From the NCBI GenBank assembly GCA_039621445.1, contig CP154954.1, positions 44,557,847 through 44,621,846 on the forward strand: DNA of 64,000 bases, given 5' to 3'. This DNA is from Euglena gracilis (Eukaryota). A model generated the notes under the pieces. That model was not told the origin of the DNA, did no database searches, and was given only the letters and a program-made list of their open reading frames with translations. The position numbers and the translations under genes are program-made. Positions 13,401 to 25,400 of this stretch are shown piece by piece; position 1 is the stretch's first letter; the number at the start of each line of letters is the position of its first letter.

Positions 13401-16400
13401 GCGAAGCTCACCCGGTGGCAGTTCGTTCCCCTGCCGGACCGGCCGGAGGACCAGGTGACGGCCATCAAGACCGCGCTGTGGACGGGGGGCCCCGTGGCGG
13501 TCGGCGTGGCGGCCGGCCCCCAGTTCCAGGCGTACACCGGGCCAGGGAACGCCTCCAGCGGGGGGTGGCAGCCTGGCCATGGGGGGGGGGTTCTGGGGGG
13601 GGGTACGTACCTGGTACAAGGCGCGTACCTGGTCCTGGGTCCAGCAGGTCCTTGGGGGGGATACATACCAGGTACGACCCCCCAACACCGGCGCCGACAA
13701 GGCCTATGTCTAAACAGGTACGTACCCCCCAGGACCTGCGTGTACCTGTACTTGGAAACACAGGGGATTTGCCCCTAAAATGACTTGGAACAGGTATTGG
13801 GGGGGTTGTACCCCAGGTACGTACCCCCCCCAGACCCCCCCCCCAGGCCCAGACCGACACCCATCCTCCACGGGTTGGGGGGTGGTCGGACGCCTTCCCC
13901 CTGCCGCTCCTCCTCCATGCCCTGCCTAGGTTTGCTGGGGTTAGCGTGGCTGCTAGCTCTTTCCCCCAAATGGCTTTGCCCCGACGGATCTTTTTAGCCC
14001 CTTCCCCTTGTAAAGTTGTATGGGACCCAAAGCCAACGTGGCCCATTGGCCACTTTTCCAAAATAAATTTGCTGTCACATGCTTTTTTTTATTTTTAATT
14101 GTGACATAGTTTTCTGCTTCTCTTCGTTGGACAACAGAACACAATGATGGTTCAGATGATTCTCTTGACACCACCTGGTTTTCCAACGTAATTTGTCATC
14201 TTTTTTTTTACCAAAGTTATTTGGGGGTTATCTGTGGAGGATTGAAGCAAACCTTCAAGGTTCCTTATTGGCATCACACGGATGCTGGAATTGAAATACC
14301 TTTTGTCAATAGCGTCCTTTGTCTTTGTTTGTGTTTCGGTTTCATAAGTTTCAGTTTGTGGACTGAAACGTATGAGATGAAAAGAGTGTCCTGTCGGTGG
14401 GCATGCTCTTTGCATTGCACAGGCAACCACAAAATTCCAGTGCCAAGTTTTTTTTGCCACTCCTTTTCCTTCTAATGAGTTTTCCAAATGGTGAATCACA
14501 ATGATATGCTCAAGCAAACACCCTCCATTGAACCCATGCTTCTGTGACGTCCCTGCATCCGAGGTATCTTCAATTACAATGACCCAGGAGAGGTCGCTTG
14601 GCGTCGTGTTGCACAGCAACAGTTCCACAGTTCCATTGCAGGAAAGTGGTGGGGAAATTGGTTGATTCTCATCGCGGATTCTGAAAAAAAAAACAACCTG
14701 CAAAAAATGCAAAAACGGCTGAAGAAAGCAGAGATTGGGAAAAGCCCCACATAAACAAACGAAGCGAACAGCGATTTTTCAACTCATCTTTGCCAATGAT
14801 CCAGAAGTTTGACAACCCTGGAGGGCGTTGTTGGTACAGCTGAGAGTCCTCCACGTTGTAAACTCCCACCAGAAATCAAACCGTCGTCAGTAACTCGTTG
14901 CCAGACGACGCCGCCGGCAACCACGCAGTGCTCCTGGTGGGATGGGGGTCTGAGGGCGGCGTGGGCTATTGGCTGCTGCGCAATTCCTGCACAGGGAGGA
15001 TTCAGGCCGGCGCCAATGGGAATTTTTCAGGATGTTCAGGAACAGATGGGAAGCCCTTTGGTTTTGAGGCAGGCCTTTGGGAGGCCCGGACCACCCCCTC
15101 CCCTTCCTGGGGGGGTAAGGTTGGGGGGGTCCGGACCACCCCGCAGATTTCCAGACCCCCACCCCCTCCTTGACAGGTTGCAAAGAGAGGCAGTTTTTCT
15201 TCTGGCGCTGCGTGCCGAAAAATGAACAAATAATGCCCTTTAACCTCACTTTTGAGCATTGCCCCCCCCCTTCTCCAACGACGGGCCTTGTCCAATGACC
15301 ACCCCCCCCCGGTCAGCAGCAATCTTTTTTCAGGTGATCTTTTTTTCCAGACGTTTGCATTCTGTCAGAGTATCGACCACATGGTTGCAAAGTTTTTGCA
15401 CCCCACAAATTTTTTCTTCACCTTGGGGGTGCTTCAGGGTTCGATATAAGGAGGGCGTACATGGTTTAGGTGGGGGGGTGTCCCCCCCCCACCACCCCCC
15501 CCCCCCTCCTGGCCCGCAGGGGGGGTCCGGACCACCCCCCCCCCCACCTGCCAGGGGGGTCCGGACCGACCCTCGGGGGCAAAAATTGACCCCCCCCAAA
15601 AAGGGTCAATTTTTTCCTCCGGCGCTTCGCGCCGAAAATTTTTTGCATTTTTGGCACATTTTTGCCCAAAAAGTGCCCAAAATGGCACTTTTGGTCGTTT
15701 TGGGGGGTCAAAAATTTTCGGCCACCCTGACCGCGCACCTGTTTAGGTGGGGGGGGGGCCCCCTCACCCCCCCCCTTCTGGCCCGCAGGGGGGGTCCGGA
15801 CCACCCCCCCCACCTGTCCTTATATCGAACCCTGGGGTGCTTCTGCACCCCTTTTTTTGGCCAGTTTGGACCACTTTTGGCCATCTTTGCCCACTTTGGG
15901 CTGCATTTGGCAACTCAGACCACTTTTTGCTTTTTTTCGCTGCTTTAGGCGATTTTTGCACATTTGTGGCCATTTTAGGCCACTTCGCTTGCTTTTATCC
16001 AATCCTTGCCCCCTTTTTGGCCCCTTTTGGCCATTTTGCGGTCAGTTGCACAGATTCAGTGACCATCGGTACAGATTTGGTGAGATCTGGCAAACCAGGT
16101 GATTTGGGCCAAACACCAAGAACTTGGCCAAAAACGCCTAAAAATGACTAAAATCACTCAAAATGCTTTTTTTATTGCAATTTTGTAATCGATGGGCGCT
16201 TTTGCATGCATTTCTCTCTCATTTAGTCATTTTTGTTATACCTGATTCTTGTCACGCGGTGCCGCACGCGTTGCACTCGGTGCCGCACGCGGTGTGAAAC
16301 ACGCGGTGCGTGCGGTGCGGAAGCGGAAGAAAAATTTTTTGACCCCGGTATTGTCTAACGACCCCCCCCCCCCCGGTCAGCAGCGATATTTGGCCAAAAT

Positions 16401-19400
16401 AGCGACCACCCCCCGGTCAGTAGTGGTATTTAGCGGTCGTTGGACAAGGGGGGGGGAGGTAATGCATTTTATTTATGTTTTGGTGTTTTCCGCATAAAAT
16501 GTGTTCAATTTTTTTTAAAAAGTTAGCTTATTTGGATTTTTTTTTCAAGGAATTGAGGAATTTGGCGCATGAACACCCTTTGCTGTCCATAAAACCAAAA
16601 AATTTCCCAACCTTTTTCAGTCAAGGTTGGAGGGAAGGGGTCTGACCCCCCTCCTCTTCATGTTGGGCGGGGGTTTCCCCCCCCTCAAGGCTTCCCAGGC
16701 CTAATTTGGCAACAATTCCTGTTTTGGGTTTTTTTTTCAGCACTGTTCTGAATTGTAAAAATGGTTGCAAACCGGGGCATGGGGGGGGATGCGGGGAGAA
16801 AGCCCCTAAGGAGCATGTCACGGTGACGCCTCGGGTCAGAGGGGAAAGAAAGCTGTGGGAACTCAAAAATAAGGGAGGCCATGAGACACTTTGTACAAAA
16901 ACACAAGGGCACTGAGGTACAGGACGATGAAATGGGCAAGGAACAAAACATGACAAAGGAAGCCAAAATCCGTGATCAACCTGGAAAAAAAAACCACTGA
17001 ATATCCCCCCCCCCCACAATTTTCAGGTGCCGTCATTTCCGTCGCTTCTCACAGGAATTTCTTTCTTTTTTTTTAATAAAAAACCCCCTTCTCTGGCACC
17101 ACAGTGCTTCAATTTCTCAAACCGGCAGCCTGGCAGCTGCCCAGGCGTTAGGATCGTCCCTCCGCCCAAAGTTTCTGCCACCCCTCCCCCTGCACCTCCC
17201 TCCGCCTACCCCTTCCTGGATTTGGGGCAAGGGGTGGGGGGAAGGGGGCTACATGCGGATCAAGTACGGCTGCAGCCAAGTTGGCGCGTTTGCCAACTAC
17301 GTGGTGGATCCGCGTGGTGTGCCCCCTCCACCCCACCATTCCCCGCTTGATCCCGAGGCGGATGAGGATTTGATACAACAGAAACCTGGGGGGTGTTCCA
17401 TCGTTCCAGCGTTGCATTGCTACATGCAAGTGGATGGAATACAGCAAACATATTGTGGTGAATATATTCACATTATGTCATATGACACATATAATATATC
17501 TACATAATATTATATTTTTTTGTATTCCATTTATGTTATATTGTATTACATGTGACATACATATTATGTGCATTATATTGTATTGTGTGTATAACATACA
17601 TATTATATGCATTATATTGTATTGTGCTATGTTATATTGCATAATATTATGTCGAGGTGGATGTATCTTTCAGGTCAACATTCCCCTCCGGTGCAGAAGG
17701 TGTTTTGTGCTGTGGTGTGGTGTGGGGGGGTCTGAACCCCCAGGACCCCCCCCCCCAATTCCTCGTCCCCTGCAGTTGTCCGAGGGCCCGTGCCACGCCG
17801 ATGCCCCGGAGGTCAGTGTCCCATCGGGCGGGGACACCCTCTTTCTGAGCCTGCCCCTCCCCTCCTGGCCCCTCCGCCCACGTCGATCTCTCCTTGTCCT
17901 CGTCCTGCGACCCGGTGGGTTGGGGGGGGGGGGGGCTGAGTCGCCGACCCATTGCCCACCCCACCCCGGCCAGTGTTGCCGGCCAGCCACCGCCCAGGGC
18001 CCCCCGGCACCGTGGACAGCGTGGACAGCAGTTCCAGCAGTTCCAGCAGCTCCAGCAGCGAGGACGGTCCGCAGCAGCCTGTGAGGAGCGTACCAAGCGG
18101 TGCCACCCACCCCCTCTTCCCTGTTACCGGGGGCAGGCTGTTTTTTAAGGCGGTGCTGGCCATATTTTAGTCGGGTGCCGATCCCATCCCAGGGGGGAGG
18201 TGCCTGTTTGGGCAGGCACCCCAAGACTCCCGATCCGACCCCCCCCCCCGGGGGTGGCACACGGCCAAAAGTGCCCTGGCACAGACCCGGCGACGAAGGC
18301 ACCGCGGAGCCAAAAATGGCCTATTTTCAAAGGAATGTGCCTGGGCACAGGCCGAAATCCGACCCCCCCGGGGGGGGGTAGTGCCTGCCTGGGCAGGCAC
18401 CCCAAGGCTCTCCAGACCCCCCCCGGGGTTGGTAAAAAAAAAACAGCCTGACTGGGGGGGGGTAATCTGGGGGGAAATATTGGAATGCTGGGAAAAACCT
18501 AGGCGGCCACCTACGGCACAAAAAACGACGGTCCCATCGGTCGAAAAAAGTCCCTCAAAAATGGCGCCGTTATGGGCGGCTGCAATTTGATGTGGCCAAG
18601 ATTTCACAGGAGACTCTCCAGTGGAAAAAAACTGCAATTGTTTACCTTCGTTCCAATAAGTGTTAAAGAAGCAATCTATTTGTGAATCAATTACCGACGG
18701 TCCCGTCGGTTATCTGAGCAAACAAGAGCCCTCGATTGATTTTAAACATAATCCTAGGCGACCTACTGCACAAATGACCGATGGGACCGTCGGTCTTTTT
18801 TTGAAAGCCAGATTTTGATATCAAAAGATTTCTACTCATAAAACGCAATATTGCAATCTTGCATGTTTATTTGGGAACAATTTTCACCACAAATGGTCAA
18901 ATTTCGGGTTATATTTTCAGATGTAGGAAATCACTCTGACCTGTTAACCCTTCTCACTCTCTCAACTCTTCTCAGAATTCCATATTGCGTAAAACCGGTC
19001 AAGGTATATGACACATTGTCTGTTCGTCGCCATAACTGTATGTATCACAGTTGGATGGCGGAGAAACCTGTGAAGAACGTGCGAATGCACCACCATAACT
19101 TCTAGCGATAGTGCTGCTTTTGTTTGTTGAACTTTGCAGCTAAATCAAATACACTGTTGTTCTTGAACAAAAAAGATGCCCAATTCCTCCACAGAATATG
19201 TAGTTTGATGGAAAAGAAGACCGATGGGACCGTCGGTCAAGATGTGCCACTCTCATTGTTAATGAGATGTTTATCAGCACATGTTGAACGAAGCTTTTGT
19301 TACCAGGTCCAAATTCCATCCCCTCATCACAAAAGAATTACATGACAATTCCATTCAGTATTTCGACCATTCCATGGCCAAAATACAGCTGATCATTCGG

Positions 19401-22400
19401 TGTGGAAAATATGTGCGTGTCTGTGGAAGAGATACTGCCTCGTTCCAGAACACCAGAATAACAAAATGCGGTGGAGGTTTGTCGATATTGTCATATACCT
19501 TTGTTTCTTGTAAGGTTCAATTAGCCATATGTACACACCATAGCCGAAGGCTAAATGTCGCATGCCACAGCAACATTCTGCATCATTAAATTACAGGAGT
19601 TCTAAAACCAACGTACCGTAATTTGGACCAGAATGGAAATCAGACAGGGACGAGAGACCTTGTTGTCTCTTGCTTTCAAAAACCAGGTACAGCCAATGTC
19701 TCGATGGTACACGGCTATAGTATGTATTTAGCCCCCGATGGGAAGTGCAGAGCCGGCATTGCTCAGAAATACACCGGTTGCCAGCGTTTTCAGACATTGC
19801 CACAGGGTGTTTGTAACACAAGGCCTGAGGTTGATATAACAGACAAGCCCTGACGTAATACCAACCTATTTTTTCTCACACATGGTTTTTCAGACACTTG
19901 CAACAGAGAAAGCAAAGCAACTTTGTTTGGGTGTGGTTTTGACGGAGGCGGTGTTTTGTGCAGTGAATCTGAGCAATTTGCGAAAAATTACTCCCTTTTC
20001 TGGGATGAATTGGTGGGTGATTGCAAGAAATCACATACACATATGGACGTCGTTCTATTTTGCATGCAACATTGCGCGAAATCAGATGTACTTTGGTTAC
20101 CTTGATCAGTGATCACAACCATTTACTACAAACAATCCCTCCCCGGCCTATCTTTTTTGACCCAAGAGGCAAACCGGCAAATGAAGCAGGCTGGCACAAG
20201 CCCCCTCAATAGAATTTTGACGAACCTGGGGCACAAAACACCCCAGAAGAAACAAGCCAATGCCAGCCAGAAACCGCACAAAATACGTCTTTCTGGAAGC
20301 ATTGCCAGTACACAAGTTGTGGATCGAGCAGAAACAAAAAGGCCACAGAGTGCTTTCTCTCCCAAAGCAACTGCAGCTGCAACTGCAGGTGGTATCCATG
20401 ACTCTGAACAATACACACACATTGTCTTTTGCAAAATGCTCTCTGATCTCGCCGATTGAAAGGTAGAACATTTTCAGAACCGTAATGGACGGAAGTGTGC
20501 ATTGTGCACAGCTACCTGGCCTTTCGTGCAATGCACATGCTTGAGCGCTGAACGTTGTTGACTGATGCTGTATTTTTGAAGTCAAAATGATGATGCTGAT
20601 GAAAACATGCATGATCATTTATGTTAGTGGGAGGGGGGATAATTTCTTTGTGAATCTAGCATCTTCCACAGACAATTGGTGGTCTCAATACCAAATCACC
20701 TTCAAATTTAGCATTCTGCAAGGAGTATTTGTGGTGATTTGTTGGTTTGTTTCATGAAGGTGTGGGCTGACCCTCTGGACCGACGGGACCGTCGTTTTTT
20801 GTGTTTTAGGTGGTCATCTAGGATTATCGATGCGATCAGAAATTGCAGCAGGGACGATGGACGGTTTGTTGGATGTCCCTTTCTGTAATTTCTTCATTTT
20901 GTTCTTTCGGAGCAGCTGCTTTGTGGTGGCAATGGCATCCATTTTTCAATGATCCTCCTGGATAGTTAAGCTCAGTTGTGGTCTGGGTGTTTGCCCACAA
21001 TGTAAGCTGCTTAATCCTCTTTTACTGAAAATTGGATGGTCGTGTGCTCGCATGCAATAATCCTGCTTCTCATTCTCATAATCATTACAGGTGTTTTTGT
21101 CTTTTCCTCCGGTCTGGGAATGTGAGCATATCTAAAAGAGGGAGGTGATGGCACAATCTGTTTTTGTCTGTGCACATGCTGTAAACTCCACTTTGACATG
21201 TTTTTTTGTATAATGAATGTTCATTTTGTCACATTTCAATTCATGCCAAACAGGCTCAAATTTGCATTTTTATGAGGAAAAAGGTACCCTGTGAAGGCAA
21301 ACTGACGTTCGTCTACTTTTCTTCACAAAAGCAAGTGCCGTAGGAAGAAATTTAGTGCCGAAAAATGACCGACGGTCCCGTCGGTCATTTGTGCTGTAGG
21401 TGGCCGCCTAGGAAAAATTATGAGCGCTCGCTTAAAATGGCTGGGAAAAAATTCTGGACAAAAAAGTCTCGTGAACCCACTGTTTAAGTTTAAGGGAAAT
21501 GCAAATGAATTCACACCAAATCTGGATGTTTTCACAATCCAAAATTCAAAAAATTGGTGGAAATCCTTTGTTTCAAATTGCAAATTAAAGCAGAAAAAAA
21601 GACGTGTTTTCACATTTTGAAGGATAAATGCTCTGAACGGATGATTAAAACAAAATACATTCCAGAAATCAGAGCGAAGCTCCGGAGAGAAGCAACTTTT
21701 GGGTGGTAACTGCAGGAAATTTGATTTCCTTAAATTTGCTGGGAAAAATCCTGGATGAACCCTTAAAATGGTGGAAGAAATCCTGGACAAAATTTCGTCC
21801 AAAATTTTTTGCACAACAATTCTTCCCGTTCAAGTCCCCCCCCCCCCGACACTTGCCAGTTCCCAGTCGCTTTCTCGTGGCCCAACTACGTGAGGTCAAG
21901 AGTCAGATAATTCCTTTCTTCGGTCAATCCGCAGTTGGCTTCCCGTGCGATGGTGTTCCTGGTCCTATCACCAGGCTTCTATAAACTCAGAAGACTCCCC
22001 TCCCAGAGGTGGGTGGGTGGGTTCGGGCGGGACCCCGTGGGGGGGGTCTTGGGTGGCAGTCCCGGTATGGGTTTCGGCGCACAGTGCTGAATAATTTCTG
22101 AGAAATATCTTTGGACGGTCCGATTTTCCGCGCGGTCCGTGTCAACCCACTCCCCGGTGGGGGCGTCCCACGCCGGGCTGGGTGGGTGGGAGGGGACATC
22201 TGGGGGCCTTTAAAAAGACCTGTCCGAGACCCCACCACCCCACCTGACCTCGGGGAGAATGGTGGGCTGGTTTTGGAGAGTGGGTGGGTTTGGGCCGCTC
22301 GACCCCTCTCCTGGGGGAAAGGGGTGTTGCATGGGTCGGCCCCACCAGCCAGGTTGCCCAGAAAATTTTTTTTATTTTTAATTTAGGGGTTTTCTGGTTT

Positions 22401-25400
22401 TGGGCTGGTTGCATTGCCTCCGGTGGGAAGGGGGGTTGTGGTGGGCAGGTTGCAAACAAATGGGTGGTTTGGTGTGGGAAAAAAAATGCCCCTCCCCCCA
22501 TCCTCTGGGGTCACTAAGTGGCTCAATGTTTCCAGTGCATAGTGTGTGTGCTTACGTGAATGCGCACGCGCGCGCGCGTGTGTGTGTGCGTGCGTGTGTT
22601 TGGCGACTTCCAAAGTGTTCTCCATCAGTTTCTTTGTCATCTTTATCAATCACGACCAACTCCGTTTGGCCCCTCCCGGCCCAGTGACCACAATTCTCCC
22701 CGTTTTTCCAGGCCAGAGCTCAGGTCTGCCGGATGTGGAGGGGATGCGGTCGGCCACCGGTGCCTCCACCCCGCCATGCCGTTCTCAGGCTTTCCCCAAC
22801 GGCGACTGGGGGTTCAGACCGCCGCCGCCAGCCCCGACGGCGATGGCGCGGAAGACAGTTCCCCGGAGAGCGACAGCTGCCAGGCAGCAACTCCAGCCCG
22901 AATTTTTTTTCCACGGAGGTGGAAGCTTCCACAGACACAGCAAATGACGTTGAAACCGCCAAAAAAAAAGCAACCCTCTCTTTAAACAACCCCCAAATAT
23001 AAGCAAACCCGTTGTAGGGGGAAATGCATTTAGATTTGCATTTTTTTTTGCACTGTTGGGCATTTTTTTGCACTGTTGGGCATTTTCTTTAAACAACCCC
23101 CAAATATAAGCAAACCCGTTGTAGGGGGAAATGCATTTAGATTTGCATTTTTTTTTGCACTGTTGGGCATTTTTTTTTCAAATTTTCCAAAAAGGGGCAT
23201 TCTTGCGCATTTTTTTTTTTGCATTGTTTGTGTGTTTTTCCCCCATTTTTTTCCGGCGCATTTTTTGCTGTTCAGCGCATTTTTTTCCAGATTGACCAAT
23301 TTTTTCGTATTTTTTTGACCGTCTGTGCAATTTTTTTTTGTATTTTTTTGAAATTTTCGAATTTTTTTTTGAAATTGACATTTTCCACATAATTCCATTT
23401 AATCGTTGTAAATTTGGTGCCATTTTTGCATGTTTTTGGGAAATTTTGCATTTTCGTGATTTTTGTGATTTTTTCCCTCAAATTTTACACATTTTTTCAA
23501 AAAAAAATGTGCAATTTTCGTGCATTTTTTGCGCACTTTTTTTTAGCGGCTGGGCCAGCGCATCCCCCCCTGCCTTTGGCTGATTTTTAAGCTGACACCC
23601 AAACATAAAAACCCTCAAATACAATCAACTCCTGGCTGGATGAAAATTGCATGACACAGATGGGTCCTGTGCCAAAAAGCTCAGCTGCCTCCAGTTCCCT
23701 GTTTGCTGTCCCGGGTCTCGGGATGCATCCATGTATGTGGGAGAAGGCTCAAGATCCTCCAACGACGTTTGAGGAGGCTCTAGAGCTCCTACCCGGTCGA
23801 CCTCCCCCACAAGGCCTTCCCATACAGCCCTGCCCCCACGTTTTTTTCTTCCGTGTCTTCGGCGCCAGGCGCCAGGTGACCATTTTCTGCAGTTCCGGGA
23901 TGACCCCCACCCCTCGGGGGATGGGGGGGTCTGGAGCCAAAAACCAGTTAGGAATTTTTTTTGGTGGGTTTGGCCAAAAACCATTCATCCTGAGCAATTT
24001 TGGCCCTACTGGCCAAGGTGGCCCCCGGGGGGGGGGGGCAGGAATTGACCGACAAACTCGAACCGAAGTAGAAAGGATGACTAGATTTGAAGTGACTGAT
24101 TGGTTTTTTGAAAGAGGAAAGTTGGGGGTAAGCAATGGTATCCAGGACCAGTCATTGGCCAGCCCTTCGGCCTAAGGGTGGTAGTCTTTAAGAGTCTGTG
24201 CCCAGTATGCACAGAGGAACAGCTTGGCGTGGCTCTCAGGAACAAACGAGGGAAAATGAACATCTGATTGAATAATACCTAAAAGGGGCTTGTATGTATT
24301 TTTTATGTTATGTTTATTTTTGCTGATGTTATTTTTGGATTGCCCAATTTTTTTTTTCAAGGATGAAAAGCACTTGTTGCTGTTTATTCCGAGGTTTCAG
24401 TCTTTGAAAACAAAGCTTTCCTCAGGATGAACCACTTATGTCCAAAATTTCAGCACGGAAGGCAGGTTCTCATTGGCACGCATCATTCTTAAAAGTTTCA
24501 TGGTGGAGAGCTCGGTGCAACACCCCACGTTGGTGACTTTGGGGGACACCTGTACCCAGGGAGTACCCTAACTTTCAAAATCCGAGTTGTCATCCACAAT
24601 TTTTGGGGGTTTCAGCTAGTTTTGGGGGCTTTCGGTTCCAGGGTTTTAATCTCGCGAAAAATTTTGTTTGCTCACTTGCAAAAGTGGACCAGGTGCTGCC
24701 TCAGAATTTCTCATTTACCTGTGTGGCATTCACATCCGCACCTGAAACCCACAGGGCCCCTCAGGGCCCTGGAAATCTGCCTGAGCTGCTGAGTCGGCCA
24801 CCGACGGTTCCGCCAATTCTTTCCAGGGACGTGTTCCAACCAAGTGAAGTCAAGCAGTGTGGATTTCCCCAGGGACTGGCCATTTCACAGTTGCTTGCAT
24901 GCTCACCTTCGCCGCCGCCATCATCATCAGCGTTGCATTCATTACCATCCAAAGAAGCTTCATGGCGCTTGCATTCCCAGTTTCTTTGCTCAAAATAAAT
25001 CGCACAGAAAGTCACATCTGGAACCTGTCCTCGTGGTTTTCCCATCGAGGGGGAAGGGGTGCTGCCCCACGCCTCCTCATAACGCCTGGCCCACATGCGC
25101 TGACTTCTTCAGAGCCCCCCCCCCCCCCCGAGGCGCCACCCCCGAGGGGACACGCCTAAGGTGGACAAATTTCCCCACCGTCTCTGTCTTTGACGGGTCC
25201 GGAAGTGGTGGCTCCGACAGCACTGATGCCCCCACCGCCGCCCCTGCCGCAGAGCGTCGCTCAAGCCGAATGGGACCCACTCTGGAGGGCGTCCGCCCTG
25301 CATTCAATCTCAGCTTCTGTCAACTTTTAATTGGCTGCCTTGAACTGAGTGATGGCGTAAAGTGGAGCCCCCCCAGTGCCCCCCCACAGTGCCCCCTGCC

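Larger units (their letters stand above)
14989..17223 (+). other. Nonconventional intron, 2235 nt; absent from gene 2
   Basis: T|gcaCAGGGAGG...CCTTCCTGgattt|GG restores the Trp of NSWG. Confidence 0.9.

Noticed and set aside
14818-14870. 2-nt microexon or twintron suggested by complementarity of 13543-13559 to 14818-14833
   Set aside because: Exon 14561-14595 ([12 protein letters not shown]) with clean flanking stems explains the junction and matches the paralog exactly
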